A stretch of 49,631 nucleotides of DNA from Verrucomicrobiales bacterium (GTDB lineage: Bacteria; Verrucomicrobiota; Verrucomicrobiia; Limisphaerales; JACDHS01): positions 1 to 49,631 of the forward strand of contig JAQGOU010000006.1 in NCBI GenBank assembly GCA_028293445.1. The letters are read 5' to 3'. The translations under genes were made by a program, and so were the position numbers. Shown here piece after piece: positions 1 through 7,600 of the stretch. The notes beneath the pieces were generated by a model. The model did not search any database, was not told the origin of the DNA, and was given only the letters and a program-made list of their open reading frames with translations. Positions within the stretch are counted from its first letter, which is position 1, and every line of letters begins with the position of its first letter.

Positions 1-15
1 GAAAACTGAATCGGT

Positions 16-375
16 TTAACCTCCGGCAAAAACAGGACGGAAGCCGGCTTCTTCCAGGATGCGGGCCACTTCAGCGCGTTTGTCGCCTTGGATTTCGATG
101 TGCCCGTCCTTGACGGTTCCGCCGGTGCCGCAGGCTTTCTGCATCTGCTTGGCCAGCTTTTCCTTTTCAGGTAAACCGATTCCCACGAAGTTCGTGATGA
201 CGGTGACCGTTTTGCCACCGCGTCCGGCTTTGTTGCGGAGAATGTCGACGCGGCCACGGCTTTTCTTACGCTCGATCGGTTCCGGAATATGTTCCGGGCC
301 GGGCGGCAAGCCTTCGATGTTTAAACTGGCGAAAGGGTTGTTGCCGAACTTTTGCTGGTCATCAGGGCCGTCCAT
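16..375 (-). CDS. yciH: Translation initiation factor SUI1/YciH family
   Basis: Motifs GRGGKTVTVI, CGTGGTVKDG and IEIQGD are typical of bacterial SUI1. Confidence 0.92.
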   Translation of the reverse strand: MDGPDDQQKFGNNPFASLNIEGLPPGPEHIPEPIERKKSRGRVDILRNKAGRGGKTVTVITNFVGIGLPEKEKLAKQMQKACGTGGTVKDGHIEIQGDKRAEVARILEEAGFRPVFAGG

Positions 376-531
376 ACGTTGCTAATTTAAACCGAAGAAT
401 CGCGGCTGTGAATGCTTTTCGGTGGCGGAGTATTTTATGCGCAGGGCAATAGAGAGTTCTCGGAGCATCGGTTTGAAAACTTACGCTCCGAGAGTCGCCG
501 GATTGACCTCGCGCCCGAAACATGTTGAAAC

Positions 532-870
532 TTGGCCATGGCAACACCTGATTTGAAAATTGAAAAGATCGTCACCGGCACCGGCGCGGCACCGAAAAAA
601 GGTCAGACCGTCACCGTGCATTATACCGGTTGGTTCACCCACGGCGGGAAATTCGACAGCTCGGTCGATCGCAAACAACCGTTCAGCTTCGTGCTCGGCG
701 CGGGACAAGTCATCGCCGGTTGGGACGTCGGCGTCGCGGCGATGAAGGTCGGCGATAAAGTGAAACTCACAATTCCGCCGGAGCTGGCTTATGGTCGCGA
801 CGGTTATCCTGGTGCAATCCCACCGAACTCCACGTTGGTCTTTGAAGTCGAATTGCTGAAGATCGATTGA
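532..870 (+). CDS. FKBP-type peptidyl-prolyl cis-trans isomerase
   Basis: [38 protein letters not shown]; start may be 538. Confidence 0.97.
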   Translation: MAMATPDLKIEKIVTGTGAAPKKGQTVTVHYTGWFTHGGKFDSSVDRKQPFSFVLGAGQVIAGWDVGVAAMKVGDKVKLTIPPELAYGRDGYPGAIPPNSTLVFEVELLKID

Positions 871-890
871 TCGGCAGCCGACGGGTTTAC

Positions 891-1304
891 ATGAGTGCTC
901 TTTCAGCTTTAACGGAAAACGAAGATCAACTGGCCCAGCGCATGGCGGCGCTCGGCGTGCGCGAAGCGGATATCGAGGAGACGTTCGTGCGCTCGGGCGG
1001 GCATGGCGGACAAAATGTGAACAAGGTATCCACCTGCGTGGCGCTGGTGCATCGGCCGACCGGCATCCAGGTGAAATGTCAGACGACGCGGCACCAGGGG
1101 CAGAATCGTATTCTGGCGCGCGAACTTCTCATTGAGAAACTGGAAGCACGCAAAAAGAGTGCGGCCGATGCGGAACGCGCGCGGGTGGAGAAGGTGCGCC
1201 GACAAAAGCGCGGGCGAAGTCGTGCGGCAAAGCAACGGATCCTTGCGGACAAATCGCATCGTGCGACGAAGAAGGATTCACGGCGCCGGCGCGTTGATGA
1301 TTGA
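891..1304 (+). CDS. Codon-independent peptidyl-tRNA hydrolase / release-factor-like protein (RF-1 GGQ domain, basic tail)
   Basis: [15 protein letters not shown] motif, Arg/Lys-rich C-terminal tail, no codon-recognition domain; ATG at 891 chosen over TTG at 867. Confidence 0.9.
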   Translation: MSALSALTENEDQLAQRMAALGVREADIEETFVRSGGHGGQNVNKVSTCVALVHRPTGIQVKCQTTRHQGQNRILARELLIEKLEARKKSAADAERARVEKVRRQKRGRSRAAKQRILADKSHRATKKDSRRRRVDD

Positions 1305-1356
1305 TTGGCGAGTGTCTTTGGTTGAGCCGTCGCTTCGACCTGTCATCCGGCGACGC

Positions 1357-1660
1357 TTTTCCCAGAGCAGGAAAATACTTTCCGAGCTCAGCGGCCATTT
1401 TTCCGGAGTAGAAAAACTCTTTCCGAGGTCGGCGGACCTTTTCCCAGACCGGTAAAACACTTTCCGAGCTCAGCGAGCCTTTTTCCAGAGTAGAAAAACT
1501 CTTTCCGGCTCGACGGCGCTTTTCCCAGAGCAGAAAAACACTTTCCGAGCTCGGCGGACCTTTTTCCGGAGCAGAAAAACTCTTTCCGAGCTCAGCGGGC
1601 CTTTTTCCAGAGCGGTAAAACACTTTCCGAGCTCGGAAAGTTTTTCCCGGAGTGGAAAAT
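1357..1660. repeat. Degenerate tandem array, about 41-bp period, about 7.5 units of paired palindromes
   Basis: CTTTCCG(AG) anchor at 1378, 1419, 1460, 1501, 1541, 1582, 1623. Confidence 0.92.
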
Positions 1661-1801
1661 CCGTAGTTTTGGTCAAAAATCGAGGTTTTTGGAACGCATT
1701 TAGGACCGTCGGCCGTGAATCTGTCCCTTAGGAGAGACAATCGTCCCGGTGATCCTCGATGGTGTGGCGCGGGTACGACCGTTGTTCCGCAACCAATCGA
1801 A

Positions 1802-2662
1802 TCATTCGCCAGGAGACCAATCGGCGGGAGCGAGTGCTTCGATGCCGGGATTTCGAAAGGCAATGCGGCGTTCTTTGTAGAGGGCGCCGAGGGCTTGTTT
1901 GAAAGCTTTTTTGCTCACACCGAATTTCGCACGGATGGTTTCCGGCGAACTATCGTCGTCCAAAGGGAGTTTGCCTCCATTCTTTTCCAGAGCGTCGAGA
2001 ATCAGCTGCTTGAGCGGGACTACGCGCTTGTAACCAGAAGCATTCAGACTGAGATCCATTTTGCCGTCGGGTCGAATGGCGCGGACAAATCCTTGTAGTT
2101 TCTGGCCGATATCCAGCGGTGCCGGGAGTTGATCGTGATAAAGGAGACCGCGATGCGAATTTTCGACAATGGCGTTGTAGCCGAGCGGGGTTCTATCAAT
2201 GACGATGAGATTTACCGGTTGTCCATTGCGATAGTTTGCAGGCTGGCGACTCAAATGGCGGTGGAGTCGTGTTGTTGCCACGATGCGATTGGTTTTTTCA
2301 TCGAGCATGACATAAGCGACGATCTTTTGACCGACACGCACCGGAGCATCCTGTTCGCGAAAGGGAAGCAGCAGATCTTTCGAGAGCCCCCAATCGAGAA
2401 AGGCGCCGATGCGGGGATTCACGCTGATGACTCTAAACTCGGCGAATTCGCCCACCATGGCGCGCGGCATCTCGGTCGTGGCGACCAGGCGATCCTCCGA
2501 ATCGAGATAAATGAAGACGTCGAGGAGTTGTTTCGGGGCAACGTCGTGAGGCACATACCGACCGGGCAGCAATACTTCGCCGAGCTCACCGGCATCGAGA
2601 TAGAGGCCGGGCGCGGAAGCGCGGACAATGGAGAGAGTGTTGCGTTGACCGATCGTTGCCAT
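1802..2662 (-). CDS. cvfB: CvfB-family S1 RNA-binding protein
   Basis: EVLLPGRY, VFIYLDSEDRLVATT, GAFLDWGLSKDLLLP, C-terminal winged helix SKKAFKQALGALYK. Confidence 0.9.
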   Translation of the reverse strand: MATIGQRNTLSIVRASAPGLYLDAGELGEVLLPGRYVPHDVAPKQLLDVFIYLDSEDRLVATTEMPRAMVGEFAEFRVISVNPRIGAFLDWGLSKDLLLPFREQDAPVRVGQKIVAYVMLDEKTNRIVATTRLHRHLSRQPANYRNGQPVNLIVIDRTPLGYNAIVENSHRGLLYHDQLPAPLDIGQKLQGFVRAIRPDGKMDLSLNASGYKRVVPLKQLILDALEKNGGKLPLDDDSSPETIRAKFGVSKKAFKQALGALYKERRIAFRNPGIEALAPADWSPGE

Positions 2663-2773
2663 AACACGGCAATATAACTTGCCAGACCGAAAGTGGAGAA
2701 AAAATTACCGGAAGGGAGGTGAAGCGCGTTGCGATTTTGGAGTGAGCCGGGGTCCCCACGCGCGAGAAGGACT

Positions 2774-2847
2774 GGCTGGATCGAGGCCGGGGCTGTCCAC
2801 CTTGCCGAAGCAAAGTCCGGACAAACCGCCGGCCATCAGATCCGACC
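2774..2847 (-). ncRNA. Long stem-loop with cUUCGg tetraloop 3' of the histone-like ORF (structured UTR or small RNA)
   Basis: Minus strand has four nested helices: GGAUC/GAUCC, GGCCGG/CCGGCC, UGUCC/GGACA and ACUUUGC-UUCG-GCAAGGU. Confidence 0.5.
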
Positions 2848-2853
2848 GGAAGA

Positions 2854-2946
2854 CTACTTCTTCTTAGCGGCTTTTTTTGCAACCGGCTTTTTAGCGGCTA
2901 CTTTTGCTGCGGGTTTCTTAGCTGCTGCTTTGGATTTAGCTGCCAT
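2854..2946 (-). CDS. 30-aa Lys/Ala/Pro-rich histone-H1-like micro-protein (MAAKSKAAAKKPAAKVAAKKPVAKKAAKKK)
   Basis: Translated by hand (ATG 2946, TAG 2854); A-rich leader; start context TAATACTATGGCAGC is identical to that of groEL in this window. Confidence 0.8.
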   Translation of the reverse strand: MAAKSKAAAKKPAAKVAAKKPVAKKAAKKK

Positions 2947-3521
2947 AGTATTATGTTTTCTTTTTTTAGTTTACTTGATTCCGGAGACAACGTTTCGCCG
3001 GAGATCATGGAAACCATGCCCTGTTTTAACGGGTTTTGTAAACAACGGACGTAAATTCATTTTAGGATAATCGGATCGCGTGGACCGATCCGATCACGAC
3101 ATCACTGCGGCCCAATTTCGTCCGCGGGAGAAATTCATTGCGTAGACAATAAATGCCAATACTCATTTATACCCTGTAAACATTGACGCAAAACCTCTCC
3201 TGCTCTTTTCTCGAGCGGGCTCAGATCATTGCGTGAACGGGTGCATTTTTATTTCACGACGCCGTCACCAAAGCTCCGGCATGCACGCGACATTCTTGCG
3301 CTCACGACCTCGCGATGAAGTTTTTTTTCGCCATTTGAGAATTAAAATTCGCGACGAATGCTTTTCCCGGCGCTCTTTTCCGCCGTTGTGATTTTCGAAT
3401 TTCTCATTTTACAAAATGAACCCGCGCATCTTTTTTATGGCGCGTAAACACGAAAAATGCGCCTCACAAAAAAGAACTCGCGTGCGCGTGACGAACCCAG
3501 GTTCTTTGGAGCCATTCTATG

Positions 3522-3549
3522 TTGACATCCTCTTATCTATTTAGAGGAT
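3522..3549 (+). promoter_or_regulatory. TTGACA -35 element overlapped by inverted repeat ATCCTCT-N9-AGAGGAT (possible operator)
   Basis: TTGACA at 3522-3527 and the inverted repeat at 3527-3549, just upstream of the prepilin-like gene; -10 element unclear. Confidence 0.35.
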
Positions 3550-3555
3550 ACGCAG

Positions 3556-4434
3556 GTGGTCAGGATACAACTTCCGCGGCAAAGGGTTTCGCGGCCGATA
3601 AATCAGCGGCTCGGTTTCACATTAACTGAATTGTTAGTGGTGATCGCTGTTGCGGTCGTCCTGGTCAGTTTGCTGTTCCTGGTGATCACCCGGTCAAAAT
3701 GGATGGGCCAGAGCAAATATTGCCTGAGCAATCTCAAACAACTAATGACGGCGAACCAGCTTTATGCTGGGGACAATCAGGATTATCTGCCACCCAATGA
3801 GCCGATTGCTCACGGACAAACGGCGCCGTGTTGGGTGGGTGGCTACTTGGATTTTGCCTCCGATAACACCGACAATACGAACAGCGCTTTGCTGACCGAT
3901 CCCCGGTATTCAAAGTTGGCCCCGTATGCCACTTCGGCCTCGTTGTATAAGTGTCCTGGCGACCCGAGCGTTGTCTCAGGGCTCGGCGCTCGCGTTCGTA
4001 GTGTTGCCATGAATCAGGCAGTTGGGACGCGAGCGAACCGTGAGCCGGTTTCGGGCGCCTGGCTGCCCGGGGGCTGGGATGACCGACAAACGTCCTGGGT
4101 CACCTATCCGAAGTTGTCGAGCATGACGAACCCGTCCCCGGCAATGCTCTGGGTGTTGATCGACGAGCAACCGGACAGCATCAATGACGCCGGCTTTGCG
4201 GTACAATGCAAGTTCGCGACCGGGGATGACGCCGTGATCATCGATTTTCCGGGTGTTTTCCATGAGGGCGGGACAGGAATGGCTTTTGCCGATGGCCACT
4301 CGGAAACCCGCCGTTGGACCGGGCAAGCCATTCAACCGAAGCCAGACTACAAGGGCTGGACGCATCGCAAGCCGGCACGAGACAGTGAGGAAGATTTGAA
4401 ATGGCTACAGGTGAGAACTTCCGCGGCGAAATGA
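3556..4434 (+). CDS. Prepilin-type N-terminal cleavage/methylation and H-X9-DG domain protein (PVC-type)
   Basis: GFTLTELLVVIAV, CLSNLKQL, YKCPGD, IDEQPDSIND, FHEGGTGMAFADGHSE. Confidence 0.9.
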   Translation: MVRIQLPRQRVSRPINQRLGFTLTELLVVIAVAVVLVSLLFLVITRSKWMGQSKYCLSNLKQLMTANQLYAGDNQDYLPPNEPIAHGQTAPCWVGGYLDFASDNTDNTNSALLTDPRYSKLAPYATSASLYKCPGDPSVVSGLGARVRSVAMNQAVGTRANREPVSGAWLPGGWDDRQTSWVTYPKLSSMTNPSPAMLWVLIDEQPDSINDAGFAVQCKFATGDDAVIIDFPGVFHEGGTGMAFADGHSETRRWTGQAIQPKPDYKGWTHRKPARDSEEDLKWLQVRTSAAK

Positions 4435-4679
4435 TCGGCCGCAAAAAGAGCTGAATTCAGAATTACCGCCGGCATTCTTTCGGATCGCACACGTTTGCCT
4501 GCCGGCATTCTCGCATCGCGTGAAGGGGCTGCGGATAAACTGGACGGCCTCTCTGTGTAATCCCTTGGCCGTCGACGGCACTACATGGTTTCACAAGATC
4601 CGCCGCTTCACGTCGAGCCAGTACAAGAAAAAGCGCGAGCGTTCCGCAACGCCCGCGCTTGTGTTACCCATCCAAATGA

Positions 4680-7600
4680 CTATTCGTTTGAAGAAGCCGT
4701 ATCGACTTCGATAATGCGATAAACTCGTTCTTTCGTCGCATTGCTGACGGCCACAGATTCCGTGGCTTGCGTCGCAGTGATCGGCGCGTTGAGACTCACC
4801 CAAGCGGTGCCTTCGCTGCTTTCTTTGTATTGCACCTGATAGGTTTTCCCGACGATCGCATTCCACGTGAGGGTCGCTGTTTCATCCGAAGAAACAATAT
4901 CTCCGCCGTCCACGGACAGTGCACCAACACTGTCAGCAATTACCACCACGGTAATGTCCTTAGAATCCGCTTTCGGGGATGATCCATTCGTCGGAGCATC
5001 TTGTACGGTGACCGTGATGAGATTGGTCGTTCCAGCAAACGTCGCGTCGGGTGTCCAACTGAAGGCGCCTGTGGCTTCATCCATCACCGCGTTCGTTGGC
5101 GCATCGGCATCAATCGTGAAGCCGAGCAATTCTCCAACGTAAGCATCCGGATTTACGCCGGTCGCCGTGAAGTTGATTGTGCTGCCGGCTTTAACAGTCA
5201 CTGGACTGCTGAGCGATGCCGTCGTGACTACCTGGAAGTTATCCATATAGACTTTGTACGTTCCTGTGCCGCCTGCGGGCACGAGGGCCAAATGTTCCAG
5301 CACACCTTTACCGGAAGCGAGGACGCCATTACCCGTCATGGAACGACAGGCTTCAGCAGGCAGGTTGAACGTTAGAGTAGTCCAATTGCTCGCCACGAGT
5401 TGACGATTGGGGAAAGGAGCACCGCCGACCACATTGGTGACGCCCACGAATTCAATGTTTCCGGATACACCACCATTGGCTCCGATCTCAGCGGTTCCGC
5501 CGGTCTCACGAAGGCCCAAGCCAACTTTCAATGCTTTATCGGACCAGATGTCGAATCGAACCGTCTGGCCCAGATCAATCGTCGGGTTCGGAACGAATTG
5601 CGCATCGCTAGTGGTAAGACGTACCCATGGATTCGTCGTCCCGGTCTTGAAGTTGAACGTCGCAAACATTACCCGGGTGCTCGTGTGGCCTGCCGGATAG
5701 GTATTCGTCACGCTCGTCAGATTAGGCGTGGTGTTCAAGAAACCCGACATCCCCGGAGCGAACGTCGGTTGACGGAACATAACGATACCGCTGGATGTGC
5801 CGGATGAGAACGTTTGGTAATCGACAACGGTTTCAGTCACCGTGGCAGAGCCAAGGGTCAGCACCGGTGGCGCATTCGTCGCTGAGATGATGATGGTAAT
5901 GTCCTTCTCGTCATAGAGTGGTGGCACTCCATTATCCGTCACGCGAATGGTGATAATGTTGGTGCTATAACCGCCCGAGGATGGCCATGTGAACAACCCT
6001 GTTGACGGATCGATTGTCGCGCCAACCGGCGGTGTGCCTTGCAAACTGAACGTCAGCGTGTTGGCGGGGAGATCATCGTCTTCGGCTTCCCCTTGCAGCA
6101 ACACCACTTCTCCTGAAGCAATTTCGACGGCCTGATCCGGGAATCCACCGAGTCTCGGCGGGGTGTTCACTTTGTTAACAACAATCGTTACATTCTTCGA
6201 GTCGCTAAGATTACCCGGACCGTCGTCGGTTACCGTCACGGTAATCACGTTTGTGCTTGGTCCCTGAATTGAATCGGGGGTCCAGGAAAAGACGCCGGTG
6301 GCAGGATCGATTTCAGATCCAGCCGGGGCGTTTGTACCAAGGCTGAAAGTTAGGTTTTGACCCGGCAGATCTGCGTCCGTAGCAGAGGCAGTAAACGAGA
6401 GCGATGTTCCAGTATCAACCACCAGATTAGTTGTGACACTGACGACCTGAAAGTTATCGAAGTAAGCATTATAAACTCCCATACCTCCCGCTGGAACTAG
6501 CGCGAGATGTTCGAGAACGCCTTTTCCAGTCGCAAGAACTCCATTACCCGTGAAAGCACTGGTCGCTTCGCTTGGCAGGTTGAACTCCAGGGTGGTCCAG
6601 ACTCCCGCAGCCACGGTGTGGGTGGGATTGGGTCCGGTGCCAAGTGCGCCACTCGATCCAACGAATTCCAGCGAACCAGTTGTTCCACCGTTTTCGCCGT
6701 AGTTTGCGCCAGTAGCAGTCTCACGAACGCCCAGTGCGATCTTGAGAGCCTTGTCGGTGTAAACATCAAACCGGACTCGTTGATTCAGGTTAATCGTCGG
6801 ATTCGGCAAGGTGCTCGCATTAAAGGTGCTCAGGCGCAGCCATGGGTTCGTCACGTTCGTTTTGAAACTAAAGTTCGCCCACAAAACGCGCGAGCTGATG
6901 TTCCCTGCCGGGAATGTTCCCTCGACCGAAGTCGTGTTCGCAGTTGTCGTATCCAGGAAGCCGCTGGTTGTACTGGAATACGAGGGCTGATGGAATAACA
7001 CCGTTCCATTGTACGTTCCATCAGACAACGTTTCGAAGGTGGCTATATTCGTTATCGTCGTCACCGTCGTATTTACGTTGAGAACTGGCGCAATGTTTAC
7101 TTCATTGACGACGACGTTGAAGCTTTGCCGTGCAAATAATGCCGGTGAGCCGTTATCCGTGACGCGCACGGTGACGGGATAAGTATCGGGACCATCTGCT
7201 TCAGTGGTCGTCCAGGAAATCGCACCGCTCGCTGCATTGATGGTCATTCCTGCAGGGGCGCCGGCTTCGAGACTATATGTTTTTCCATTTGCTGGCAGAT
7301 CCGAATCGGTGGCCGAAGCTGTGACACTTAAGGTGCTTAGCTCATTGATCGTCTGCGTCGAAATCGTTGCGAGCACAGGAGCGACGTTAACTTCCAGCAC
7401 CGTCACAGTAATGGTCTCGAAGTCATTTGAGTTCGGAGATCCATTGTCTGTAACTCTAACTGTTAGCGGGAATGAGCCCGGACCTTGAGCTTCTGTGGGG
7501 GTCCAGGTGAAGGCGCCGCTCGCGCCGTCGATGGCGGCACCTGACGGCGCACCAGCGTCGAGGGAATAAGTCCGGGTTTGCCCGACATCCGGATCCGTGG

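Noticed and set aside
1357-1660. Arrays A, B and C as CRISPR arrays
   Set aside because: No unique spacers between identical repeats and no cas genes in the window
1667-1681. TGGTCAAAAATC after array A resembling the reverse complement of GATTTTGACCA after array B (14817-14827)
   Set aside because: Too short and AT-rich, opposite orientation, and not seen beside array C
1129-1863. 244-aa minus-strand ORF (and 1470-1676) through array A
   Set aside because: The 41-bp period shifts frame every unit, the ORF overlaps two real genes, and it is probably open only because the repeat lacks stop codons
2729-3070. 113-aa plus-strand ORF with FFLAAFFA
   Set aside because: Antisense shadow of the Lys/Ala-rich micro-ORF
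3070-3520. Long non-coding region with A/T tracts and a small hairpin near 3070-3095
   Set aside because: No consistent period, ORF or recognisable RNA fold found by eye
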